Assembly (NCBI RefSeq): GCF_000400465.1
Contig: NW_008806301.1
Span: 1 to 32,000, forward strand
Direction of reading: 5' to 3'
Source: Wallemia ichthyophaga EXF-994
Taxonomy: Eukaryota > Fungi > Basidiomycota
Length of the DNA: 32,000 nucleotides
Part shown: piece by piece, positions 9,355-21,600 of the stretch
Numbering within the stretch: position 1 is the stretch's first letter
How the letters are laid out: each line of letters begins with the position of its first letter
Made by a program: the position numbers and the translations under genes
Notes under the pieces: generated by a model
Database searches by the model: none
Told to the model about the DNA's origin: nothing
The model's input: the letters and a program-made list of their open reading frames with translations, nothing else

Positions 9355-11581
9355 CTAATGCCTCACTTGCTTGCGATCTCTAAGCACATGGCCACGTGGT
9401 GAGCTGTCCTCCCCGTAATTCTCCTCACTGCCATCGTCAGGATGTTTCCTTTTCAACATTGGAGACAGATGCTGAAGCTGGAGCTGCGACATATCTGCAC
9501 TGCAGCTGACGTCTGACTTTGGATTATAGCCATTGTTCCCACTGTACCCATTTCTATTACCAGATGCTGGAAGCGGAGAAGACGAGAACATGTTCTGATT
9601 TGAGTGATTCGACGACGGTATGCTGAATTTCGGTGGCGATGAGCTGTCATCGTCCTGGAAGAATCCATTTCTATATGGCGTCCTCGTTCCTGCTGTATTA
9701 TTTGTATTACCGTTCCCGTTCTTCAACTCCGACTGCAAAGCTTCGATCTGTCCTTTAATTACTTCGTTTCTGTCTTCGTTGCTGTGGTCTTTGCTGGTAA
9801 AGTTAGGTACTGGGATTGGTGGTGGTGGTGGTGGTCTTGCCACCTTCACTTCATTTATCCATGGATGATTGAGCGCGTCCTTTAGTGACATTCGGGTCTC
9901 AGGATCGGCTATCAACAACTTGGAGATAAAGTCAATAGCACTGTCAGACATTCCTAACTGCTTTAGAACGTCGTAGTCTACCTGTCGTTTTTGTACTCTC
10001 TCATGCAATGGTTCATCTTCTTGCTCGTCAAATGGCGACGAATTCGTTAGCATGGCATAAATGATCACTCCAGTACTCCATGAATCGACCGCTTGATCAT
10101 AACCCTCTGGTCTTTTCAAAACAACTTCAGGCGCCAGGTATGATGGTGTGCCGCACATTGTCTTGAGGTGTGTCTGGCTATCGACAGCTTTAGCCAAGCC
10201 AAAATCTGTAATCTTGATTTGTGGTAGTTCTACATCTTTCGTGCAAAGCAGAATGTTCTTAGGGATTTGCGTTAGTTTACTCCGCAATTCCAGATCAAGC
10301 TATACAACCCACTTCTGGTTTCAAATCACGATGGGTGATTCCCTTTTCGTGAGTATACGCCATAGCAGCACACATCTGTCTTGCGATATCCCTTGCTTCA
10401 CGTTCAGCTGAGCGTGTGTGTTAGATTTACATATTGTGCTTTAGTGATACCCACATAAACCACCTCGATTGATGATGTAATCCAACAAATCCCCTCCTGC
10501 AGCGAATTCGATTACGAGATATATCACCTGATCGTCTTCAAATATATCACAGAATCTTGCAATGTTTTCCTTGAATTGAATTGTCAGAAAGGTGTTGAAA
10601 AGAGTATCATGTCAGAACACAATGACGCACATGGTCCAAGATCTTGATAATGCCAATTTCACGTTCAAACATTTTAAGGGTCTTCTGATTCATAGCAAAC
10701 CTATGCTTGGCAATCTGCTTAACTGCCCGTGGAATGCCTGAACTCCGCTCGTAAGCCTTCTTAACACTAGCGAATGATCCTTTTCCAATTTGTGCACTTT
10801 GAGCTGGTCAACTTAGGATCCAAAGCTGATGAACAAACCCACCCTATTTCATACTTGGCAAATACACCGCCACCTGCATTTTCGTCTATACTCTGAGCCT
10901 TCTTAGGGCGAGGTCTGAAAATGTACCCTGATACGCGAGTCAGATGGGCCTGCGGAGGAACACTTGACTAACGATAGTCGTCTAATGTGCCTGGTGCATT
11001 TGAGAGTGGATTACCGAAGCTGACTTCATCACCAGGCATCAACCTTCTCTGTACGCCTTTACCGCAGCGGATTTGATTTATCTTTGGTGACTAGTTAGGA
11101 TAAAAGCGTGATATTGGTATATACACACGTAAGTACCATTCGAACTACCATTGAATGCTTAGAATGTGCATCTGTCGCGTCAAACCGCACTCACCTCGTA
11201 TCTTCAATAAATACGACGATTTCAGAGGCATTCTGATCGCCATCGTCTGCGTTATCGTAATCACCAGTCTGATAAACCTTGCAATGGTTGTTACCTGACG
11301 TGCTCAGTCAGATCTCTGCCATCACCACCACAAAGCCACCAAACTCAACTGATTTTCTTTCCATTTAAAATGATATCGTTCTCTTGGGGATGTCTGCCAA
11401 ATCTATATGCAGGCTTTTCGTTCAAGAATGTGACGCTGTTGAGATCTCTTCTTCCAACCGGCATAAGCACTCCCCAGTAGCCAGGCTCGTCGGGATTAGG
11501 CATAGAAGCCGTGCGCTGCGTTTGAGTAAGCTGCTGCGTCGGTTGCGTGCCCTCAATTCCATCATCTTGATACATTGACAT
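9355..11581 (-). CDS. CHK2: FHA-domain Ser/Thr checkpoint kinase (Chk2/Cds1/Dun1 family), 9 exons
   Basis: N-terminal TQ cluster (TQPTQQLTQTQ), FHA motifs (FGRHP, S..H, SNGT), kinase motifs IGKGSFASV, RAVK, HRDLKPEN, DFGLAK and TMCGTPSYLAPE, reconstructed across 8 introns. No second FHA (not Rad53-type architecture); exact orthologue within the family is uncertain. Confidence 0.85.
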
Positions 11582-11686
11582 TCTGGCTGGTGATGATCGA
11601 GATTAACGCGTCGTGAATTCTAGATTGAGTTGAGTTTGATGAAATAAAGAAATATAAAATTAGTACAAGGGAATCAGCGTATTAGC

Positions 11687-12598
11687 CTACTTATTCTTCT
11701 TATCTGCTAATGAACTTGGTGGCATCTGTGCCAGTGTTGAGTTTGGCTGCTTGGGCGTTGGTGAAATTGCCAAAAGAGCCTTGATAGCGAATACTAGGAT
11801 TGGGGTGAGTATACCGAAGCTAATAATGAGTGACGATATCAACGGCGTCGTCCAGTAATCAAATCCAACGCTGGGGGATGTGATTACAATGGCATGCTCA
11901 TAGAATCGCCTCTGGATTGCTAATAAAGGTAACTTGTTTACTTATCAAGAGTTAGCTGGGTTATTTAAAGGGGCTTACACATACACAGATCATCCACATA
12001 CTCTCTGCGCTTCGCTTGTGATAAGCCATTAAGTGAGCTGCGCTCTCCCTTGACCTTGATAACCGAGTTACTGACCCCGGTAAGCTTTTGAAATGCATTT
12101 ATACGTCTCACTCACCGCGCCAGCCAATCGCCGTGCTTGTACTTGTGAAGTCTGGATTTGCAGGTTGATGAAATGAGCTGGGCAGCATCGCTAGGCTGGG
12201 TCAGAGCTTGAGGAGCGTTATGAGAGGACTCGTAGAATGTGAATTGGCTTGTAAAACTGTCTAAATCGTCCTCTTTAAGCTAGTCTTCCCGTTAGAGTGC
12301 GTAGACGCGGCAACAAGAACCCACCGTGGGCTGCTCAATAACGACAACAGCATCTAAATTACACAGATTGTCTTTCGATATTTGCTTCAAATCGTTGCTC
12401 GTTATCGCATTCCTCATTCCATCAATCTCAATTGATCTGGATTTTGTTGATAAGCTTTGTATACGCATGTAACAATAAACCTCACGGATCAGTTGAAGCT
12501 ATAAAAAATGGTGATGTCGCTTGACAAGTACTGGCTATTATTCCAGCCGCTATGATTGACAGTATTAACATGATGATGGGGTGTAAGAAGCGAGGCAT
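11687..12598 (-). CDS. Single-pass ER membrane protein, BIG1 / V-ATPase assembly factor VOA1 (Ac45)-like, 5 exons, 242 aa
   Basis: Not in the ORF track. Introns 12485-12437, 12324-12280, 12115-12071 and 11984-11941 (all GT-AG, 44-49 nt) give a 729-nt uninterrupted frame. Signal peptide (MLILSIIAAGIIASTCQA), LCNLDAVVVIEQP motif, C-terminal TM (YWTTPLISSLIISFGILTPILVFAIKALLAI) and di-lysine-like end DKKNK. Confidence 0.72.
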
Positions 12599-13700
12599 AC
12601 ATCATCAAGGACGTGCATTTGCGTACAATGACATTAACTCATTAATTGCTTCGTAGATCAAGGCATTAATGTACGCATATTTGCTACCAGATTGATCTCA
12701 GGAGAAGGTCATACCAAGTAGGAACTCTCGTTGTGTGCGACAAAAGCAGTATGAAAGACTTTGTAACAACAATCCTGTAATTTACAATTAAATTCGCATA
12801 ATTTCATAGCTCATCTGGGCAGTCAAGAGCGAAAACATTGTTGATAGCAATGGCGTTGATAGCGAGAGTACCGTGAATATATTTGTGACATTTTAAAGCT
12901 AGATAATCCTCCACATGATACAAAGGCGGTTTTGTCACACTCTTGCAGACAAACCAAGTCAAAAAATACAAACAGAGGAATTACTGTAATGCTTGCCTTA
13001 CAAAAGTAACTAGCCTGTCATCTCCTCAGATGACTGTCTACCTCTGCGTCACTACGATTACTCAATGGAAACTTGCCCAAGGTACTCAGCCGGAGTTGGA
13101 AATGGACGAGCTACTGAATACATTTTAAGGCTCATAAGCAGATCCATCAGCCATTCGTCACATCATGTGCTGCGCCACTCGCGTCTTTAAGATCGTCACC
13201 GCGGATGACTTCACCCATTGAAATAGATGATGTTACTCAAAGGCTTCTAGCGCTTCCTGGGAAATGAAAAGACCATAAAAGATCTCAGGGGAATCAATGC
13301 TTCCTCTTTAAACCTTCAAATTCCTTTCATCCCCTTCAAATCCGCAGAAAGATACGAGGTTCTGACATCTGGCGGGGCTGACGGGCGTGAGCGACGTGAA
13401 AATGCAGCCAAAGACAATCAAGGCTGTTCGAAATCGTTGCCAACCTATGAAAATGAATAGATTACATTCTAGGCAACGCGTTGCCCCACATTTTCACAAA
13501 TGTACGAAAACGGTACTCGACCGACACGGCCGATAGAGCTCTGAGGATGCCAGAGGGCTTTATTATTAGCTGTAAAAATGAGGATAAATTTTAAAATATT
13601 TTACATTTCATGTGGATACCAAATGAGCTAATACGCTGGGTTACTCCAAATAAGCTGGACGTGATTTCTACCTTGAACAACTACATCCATCTTCAAATAA

Positions 13701-16051
13701 ATGTTTAGAAGAGCGTCATCAAGACTCTTATCCAGGAATGGCCTCGTTGGCTCAACCGCAGCGCTCGGATTGACCAGCTACGCCTATTTGAACTCGAACA
13801 AGGAATCCATCAGCATGGATGACTCAATTGATCGTCGCCCATCTGCTCTCTGGACTCCACCTTCCCGTGAGCACATGCTCACCAAATTAGGCGCGTTCGA
13901 TTCAAAGGACAAGGAAGAAATCTGGGATCTTCTCATCGTCGGTGGTGGTGCCACTGGTGCTGGTGTTGCAGTTGACGCTGCTACAAGAGGCTACAAGACT
14001 GCGCTCGTAGAGCGTGACGACTTCTCTTCTGGTACCTCTTCAAAATCAACTAAGCTCGTCCACGGCGGTGTGAGATACCTCCAAAAAGCTATCCTTGAAC
14101 TTGATTATGAGGTGAGTTTGATAGTCTTTTCAGCTTGGCATTTCTAACATCAGCTCCACAGCAATGGAAGCTCGTCCGTGAAGCCCTCCACGAACGTAAG
14201 ACGTTCTTGGATATCGCTCCTTACCTCTCACAACCACTCCCAATTATGCTACCTGTTTACACCTGGTGGCAACTCCCTTACTTCTTCGTCGGTTGTAAGG
14301 TGTACGATTTCCTCGCAGGATCACAAAACATGGAATCCTCATACGCTATGTTCAAGAGCAAGACAGTTGAATCCTTCCCAATGCTCAAGTCTGACGGTCT
14401 CGTTGGTTCCGTTGTATACTACGACGGTCAACACAATGACGCCCGTATGAACATGGCCTTGATTATGACCGCCGTCCACCACGGTGCTACAGTCGCCAAC
14501 CACACCGAAGTTGTCCGTCTTGAAAAGAATTCAAGCGGCAAGATTGAGGGTGCTAGACTGAGGGACAACATCACCAAGCACGAATGGGATGTAAAGTCAA
14601 AGGGTATCATCAACGCTACCGGGCCATTCTCAGACGGTATTCGTAAATTCGATGAACCTCAAGTCCAAGAAATTGTTGCTCCATCATCCGGTGTTCACAT
14701 TACACTCCCATCATACTACTGCTCACCAGAGCTTGGTTTGATCGATCCAAACACCTCCGACGGCCGTGTCATTTTCTTCTTGCCATGGTTAGGTAACGTC
14801 ATTGCTGGTACTACCGACTCTCCATCCAAGGTTGAGCGCAACCCAGCTCCAAAGGAGGAAGAAATCCAATGGATCATCGATGAGGTCCGTAGATATCTCT
14901 CACCAGACCTCAAGGTCCGTCGTGGTGACGTTCTCTCAGCATGGTCAGGTCTCAGACCACTCGTTCGCGACCCAGCAGCTAAGAACACACAATCTCTTGT
15001 CAGAAACCACATGATCAACATTTCAAAGGGTGGTCTTTTGACCATTGCTGGTGGTAAGTGGACTACCTACCGTTCCATGGCCGAAGAAACAGTCGACGCT
15101 GCTATCAAGGAGTTCGATCTCGAGCCAAGAAAGTGTCAAACCACCAAGGTTAAGCTTGTAGGATCACACGGCTGGACTCCTATGATGTTTATCAAGCTTA
15201 TCCAACAATTCGGTTTGGAGACTGACGTAGCTAAGCATTTGGCTGCCACCTACGGTTCTTTAGCATGGAACGTTGCCGCCATGACTGAAGCAACTGGATT
15301 AAGATGGCCAATCCACGGTACAAGACTCGCAACCACATACCCATTCCTTGAATCTGAAGTTAGATACGCTTGCCGTGCAGAATACGCACAAACCTCAACC
15401 GACGTTATCGCACGTAGAACTAGACTTTCATTCCTCAACGCCCAAGCCTCCCTCGAGGCTCTTCCAAGAGTTGTCGACATTATGGCTGAAGAACTTGGAT
15501 GGGATTTGAGCCGTAAGCAGCAAGAATTCGATCAAGGTAAAGACTACCTGATGACAATGGGTCTTCCACCAACCAAGCAAAACCTCTCATTGGGCGATGT
15601 CAGAAGCGGTAAGGTTGTCGACAATGACTCAGCAGAGATTGAAGACGCTGTGTTTGCTAGAGCTCAATTCTCACCAACTGAATTGGAATCCCTCAAGGAG
15701 AAATTCGCTGCATTGGATCTCGATCACGATGGATCTATCTCTAATGAAGATCTTGGCAAGTCACTCAACAACCTCGGTTACAAGAATGTCTCAGAAGATG
15801 CCGTCGCATCTATCCTTCAAGAAGTTCAACACAAGGATGGTGTCACATTGGATTCATTCTTGGACATTGCATCCGGATTAAAGGAAGTTGAGTTGTCTAC
15901 TGCTTTCACCAGCGTTCTGAGCCAAGTTCCAAGCTCGTTACAAGAACACGTCGGTCAAACCTACGGTGGTCCAAAGGGTGGTAGCAACGTTGGTATTGGC
16001 GCAGCTGCAGATGCAAGCTCTGGCTCTGAGAAGTCTGGCGGTGGTGTCTAA
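13701..16051 (+). CDS. GUT2: Mitochondrial FAD-dependent glycerol-3-phosphate dehydrogenase with C-terminal EF-hand region, 2 exons
   Basis: Presequence [15 protein letters not shown] motif [64 protein letters not shown]; intron 14112-14161; EF loop [12 protein letters not shown]. Confidence 0.95.
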
Positions 16052-16367
16052 TCGATGGAATCCACATGTATAGTTACAAAAACTGAACAATTATCTAATT
16101 TAGAACCTCGACTGATACAAATTGTTTTTTTCTTAATGCACATTTCCTTAAAAACTTGTTGGGTGTGGAGCGAAGCAAAATTTTAAGCGACTTAGTATGA
16201 TTGCGAGGTAGAAACTTGCGGAAGAACATAAACTTTATCCGCAGCTACATGATAGTCTAGAATCTCACTCTCTCTACCTAATTTGGTAATACCAATTTTA
16301 GTGCGTGCCTCAAACAAGAGATCACACTTCTTAGAATGAAGAGTGAATTTAGTATGGGAATGTAGAG

Positions 16368-16375
16368 TATAAATA
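16368..16375 (+). promoter_or_regulatory. TATA box of the hydrophobin gene
   Basis: TATAAATA about 50 bp upstream of the ATG at 16426, followed by a CT-rich leader. Confidence 0.5.
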
Positions 16376-16425
16376 TTGCACCCGCCGTCTCTCTCTTACC
16401 TTACAACTCAAAACTTATCTATACA

Positions 16426-16882
16426 ATGATCGCTCAAACCATCTTTGCTACCGCTCTCGTCGCCTCTGTTTCAGCCGGCTGGGAATCCAAGAGCGAGACT
16501 GGCTCATGCAACACTGGAAAAATCTCCTGCTGTAAGAAAGAAATAGATAGCTTGACGCCATCTTACACTGTTAAGGCGACCTTAACAAGGAGGCTCAAAC
16601 CAGCACTGGCAAGAACGACGCCCTCATCTCCACTGGCGACATTGCATCCCAAGTCGGTGTTCAATGTGATCAGGTCCCACTCTTGATCGGAGTTGCAATC
16701 GAGGGTTCGTAAAGGTTTTCTCACCTTCTCAAATCTAACACTCTACAGACGAGTGCAAGAACACCCCAGTCTGTTGCGAGGGTCTTGAAGAAGATGGTCT
16801 CGTTGGTTTGGGTATGTGTCTGTAATGTCTCAAACTTCGTACTGACCCTTTTACAGGCTGTAGCCCACTCCCAATCGTCTAG
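16426..16882 (+). CDS. Class I hydrophobin, 4 exons, 107 aa
   Basis: Introns 16532-16575, 16705-16748 and 16812-16856. Protein MIAQTIFATALVASVSA-GWESKSETGSCNTGKISCCDLNKEAQTSTGKNDALISTGDIASQVGVQCDQVPLLIGVAIEDECKNTPVCCEGLEEDGLVGLGCSPLPIV has Cys spacing C-X6-CC-X29-C-X14-C-X5-CC-X12-C. Confidence 0.93.
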
Positions 16883-17406
16883 ATTGATGACCTGTACTTA
16901 TACATAATACGTAGTTTACCCTAAAATTTTCGACTGTTTTGTTGGATGTGAGTTATTTGGAAGAAGACTTGAATGAGCATAAGAATCTTTTTTTATAAGT
17001 TAAGGTGTTCTTTTTAATTGCAACTTTAGGTGTACTAGTTATGCAATAAATGGATTGAGACTGCGTTTGATCAAGGTCTATCGCAAATCATAAAGTGTAC
17101 TACCGTTATTTTCAAAGAGTCTATACGACGATGCCAAGTTCTTGGCGATTGACTTCTGTCGAATGAAACCGATGCAAGCGTTGGAGTAAATTGAGCTCGT
17201 AAACAATTTCAAGTGATTAATATATCCATGAAAATAGTAGTTTGAGCCTAATTTACTCCAATTTGAACATATTCAACTCACTCTGCGCATTATGAGTCGA
17301 TACGCCCGTCAGTCAGCGCAGTCACCATCGATTAGCCACAAAGTGACTCAATCGTCAACAAAGGCAGACCATCACGATCGAAGACTACGCAGGATCATAT
17401 AAAAGC

Positions 17407-18437
17407 ATGTCATTCCTTGGATTTGGCCCCTCCGTCGACGTTTCAATCGCCGTAAACGACGAACAAGATAAACGGACAGCAGAAGTAAAAGACCATAAAG
17501 ACCGTAAATCCTACTGTCCGATTTATTACGACGGCGAGAATGTCACTGGTCAGGTGGGTGCACTGCCACTCCCACCCAACTGATACTGATTAGCTGGCAG
17601 GTCTCTGTGAGGGTTAAGGATGGCAAGAAGGTCACACATGATGGAATTAGAGTTGAGTTTATCGGCACTATAGAGCTTTTCCACGATAAAACAAATCATC
17701 ACGATTTCCTCGCACTCTCCCAGGATTTGGCTGGTGCAGGTGACTTACGCTCTTCGCAAACATTCGACTTTAACTTTAAGAATGTGGAAAAAGCTTATGA
17801 GTCCTATCACGGAATTAACGTTAATCTCAAGTATCTCATCAGAGTCACTCTCTCGCGAAGGATGAATGATGCTGTCGGTGAGAAGGAACTCTACGTACAC
17901 TCACACCGTATGCCACCTGAGATAAACGATGTTATCAAGATGGAAGTTGGTATCGAGGACTGCCTCCATATTGAGTTCGAGTACAGCAAATCCAAGTACC
18001 ATCTCAAAGACGTCATCGTTGGAAAGATATTCTTCCTCCTCGTTAGAATTAAGATCAAGCACATGGAGCTCTCAATAATTAAGCGTGAGAGCACAGGGAG
18101 TGGTCACAACCAATACAACGAGTCAGACACTATCACCAAGTATGAGATCATGGATGGTGCACCCGTCAGAGGTTGGTAAAGCTATATATGTGAGACATTC
18201 TGACACACGTTTACAGGTGAAACTATACCAATACGGCTATTTCTCGGTGGATTTGAATTGACACCTACGTTCAGAGACGTCAATAAGAAATTTTCAGTAA
18301 GATACTACCTCAATCTAGTTCTCATAGACGAGGAGAATAGGAGGTACTTCAAACAACAAGAAATAACAATCTACAGAGACGAGGAGGTAGGTGAACTACT
18401 AGACACAAACAAAATTAACAATGAACAGCTCTCGTGA
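17407..18437 (+). CDS. VPS26: Retromer subunit Vps26 (Pep8)
   Basis: ATG 17407 ([12 protein letters not shown]...[10 protein letters not shown]), then [80 protein letters not shown] and RRYFKQQEI; two clear introns and a probable third at 18387-18428. Confidence 0.95.
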
Positions 18438-18603
18438 ATCCCTGTAATTTGTACAAACAATGCATATACCCAATAAAGTTGCGTACATGACGTGTTATGA
18501 GGCGCCCTAGCAAATGTAACCAAAATAAACCTTCATAACCAAAAAAAGATAGTGAAAAGCGTCAGAATGATTTAGTAAGAGTGCTTTGCAAACCTTAGCG
18601 CTT

Positions 18604-21600
18604 CTACGCAGTTGAGTTCTCTGTTTGTTTCTCTTCAGCTATCGCACTAAAGCGCTTCATACGGAATAAGCGCCAACCATCAACGTCAATCAAGGCCTGC
18701 ATACAGCCCCATTCTATAATCTTACGCTCTAGCCATTGGAAGTTGACTGGTTTCGTCAGAAAATCGTTACAACCAGCTTCCAAAGCCGCAACTCTGTCTG
18801 ATGTAGCAGAAGAAGCTGTCAGTGCGACTATAATGACAGGTGATCTGAACTTGAAATTGGTGTGTATCGAATTTGCGATTGAGGGTGTGTATGTATCTTT
18901 TTTCAGACCATCATCAGTATTATTACGTGTTGTTTGCACCTCCGATGATAATTCTGACGGTGGTGTAGATGGAAAAACACCAACATTTCTGTCTTTCTCA
19001 AACGCTCTTATCTGCCTCGCTGCTTCAACACCACTCAATATAGGCAATGCTAGATCCATCTGTGGATTTTGTCAGACCGTGTGTTGAGTTAACCAGCACA
19101 CTCACCAAAAACAAATGGAAATTGCCCGTCTGCCATTTTTCAACTGCCTCTTGACCATTTAGAGCGATATCATACTTGACATTACGTCTTGTCATGAATT
19201 TCTTAAGAATGGTCTGGTTGATCGGATTATCTGGATTTCAAATTAATGAGTGAGTTGTTGCCACGTCCAAAGTCTCACCCACCTTCGACTATGAGCACAT
19301 TGATTGGTGGTTTAACGCTACTACCGCTCATCCATCCATTTCCTTGTGGGTTGACAGGCGCATGAGACGCTCTACTATCGTTGAACTTATTCTGCACATC
19401 TCGTCTCGCAGCTTGTGCAGCATCTTTGATAGACTTAAGCACAGATTTGGACCTTTGCCTCGTGTTCAGCGTTGGTCTCTCACCCGCCGCTCTCGAAACT
19501 GGAGGTGTATGATTGAACGGATTGTCCTGCTCATCTGTCGGTTCCGGCGAGTCTGATTTGGGTATATCCAACCCACTCAATCCAATGGTAGACGTGCTGC
19601 CAATAGAGCCTAATGAGTGACCCTTTTCCTTAATAGTGCTTGTGGTGGTAGACGTTGAATTTGCGCTAGCGGAGGTAGTCACTGAATTTGCGCTTGTCGT
19701 ATGAGATGATCTATCAGTGTGTGAGCTACCTCCAAAGCTGCCGCTGCCGCTGCCTTCTTTGTTCTCAGGCTTGGATGCCGACGCCAAAATTTGTCCACTC
19801 CCGTTGGCTGGGTCTGATGATGGTATATCGTTTGACTCGTCGAGGGTGAATTTCGGCAGGGATGTGATTGTAGGCGCAGCATCTGCAAAGATGTTCGGAG
19901 GCGGATCTGAGCGCGAGTGATTGAGTGGGACTGGTCGTCCGTTCGCTTCACAGACCTGTTCCAAGACCGTGGTAGAAGCTCTACTCTCAAGGTTAGGCTT
20001 TGATCCTTCATTCCCGTCATCTTCAACCGCACCGCCCGATTTAGCCCTTTCAATCATCTCCCGAATCCCGATATTTGGCTTGTACAGCGCAGATTTGCGC
20101 ATGCTGCTGTGGCGAGTGAGAGGTGCGTTCGAGTGTGAAGATCTCCGACTGCGTCTGCTTCGCACTGATAGAGGTCCTGACTGCATATTTCTACTACCTT
20201 TCGACTCATTTGTCTCGTCGTTTTCATTCATGTCCGACTCCTCTCCTGGCGACCGCGTGGGGTCGAAGAATACCCCAGCTGCTCTTCCATCGTGCGACTG
20301 GACAATCATACCCTTGTTTCCTTCGCCGAGTTCTGCTGCCTTATTTGAGAAGTAATTGATTGCCGATGTGTCAATAGGCGAAGTCGCATTCTGACTACCG
20401 CGGGAATGAGTGCTGAGATTCGAAAATCGCGAGTCAGTGGTCAACTGTTTGTGGAGTGGTGGTGGCGATAGATAATTATTTTGCTCCAATGGAGTCTTCT
20501 CAAATTCATCAGTAAGGCCGTGTGATGACCTTGAGAAACTGTAAGACGAATATCTGGAAGACCTTGATCCAGATGTATTTGAGTAAATGCTAGGCGACAT
20601 AGGCGTTGTAGCCAGGGGCCTGAAATGTGGGTCGACAACTGGTTTGTGGATTGCTGTATGCAAAGCTGTCAATATCCTCCTAGGTCCAGCTGGTTTAGGC
20701 AAAACCTGAATGTTTGGTAGATCAAATTCAATGGGATCTCCACCAGACAAATCAATAGACGCCTTAGCCGAAAGAATAGCATCTATCACTACCTTGTAGT
20801 TCTCAAGACTTGTGAAATAAATAAAGTAAGGCCCGCTGTTATCGTGTGAATGATGTGAGTGAAGAGAATGATGATCTTGATTCTGTGGAGTTGATTGACT
20901 TGTATTGGTATTAGTGCGCTGTGAACGTAAGGTCGGCCTCGGAGTGGGGTTGTTGGATGATCTCGTGTGAGATGCCATTGATTTATGATATCTCCTAATA
21001 ACCTTTAGCCGCTCTTGTCTAAGTTTCTTCTTAAATAGCGTGGTTTCGTCATCGATAATGACAAACCGAGGTCTGTTTGAATCTTTACTTGCACGATCAA
21101 ACCCAGTACCACTAGCGCTACTACTTGCAACACTACCAACTGCACTCTCAAACGACGAGCTATTCTTTGATGCTTCCCGTGATGAATCCTCAACCAAGCT
21201 TGCACGCGCTCCCGGAATAGCCATTGGAGATGCCTTGGACAATGCACTTTGTGGAGAGAGATCTTCGTGGTACTCATTACTTGATATATTGTGTACCTCG
21301 GTTGTCATTCCCCACGAAGAAAGGTATCCTGAGACGTGCTTTGCAAAAACACTTTCTGAATGGCAATATAATTCTGCATCGTAATTTTGTAGAGTGCGAC
21401 TAGCACAATGCTCGAGTTCCCTGAGCGTTGGTTCGCGTGCAAGCGGGAAATTCTGTCCGAAAGGCTGTCGGCTAGCTTCATTTTCAGCATTCTCGTGGTG
21501 ATTTTCAGGTAATTGGTCACCTTTAAATAGAGTTAGCACAAAATTGTAGCTCCTCCGATGAGGCTCATTTGAAGCGTTAGCATACACTGGCCGTGAGCAA

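Noticed and set aside
13287-13377. STRE-like (AGGGG, CCCCT) and CreA/Mig1-like (GCGGGG) motifs upstream of GUT2
   Set aside because: 5-6-mers are expected by chance in 1.1 kb; not reported as features without conservation data.
16883-17406. About 520-bp gap between the hydrophobin and VPS26
   Set aside because: No consistent exon chain, RNA structure or repeat found; compatible with terminator plus promoter.
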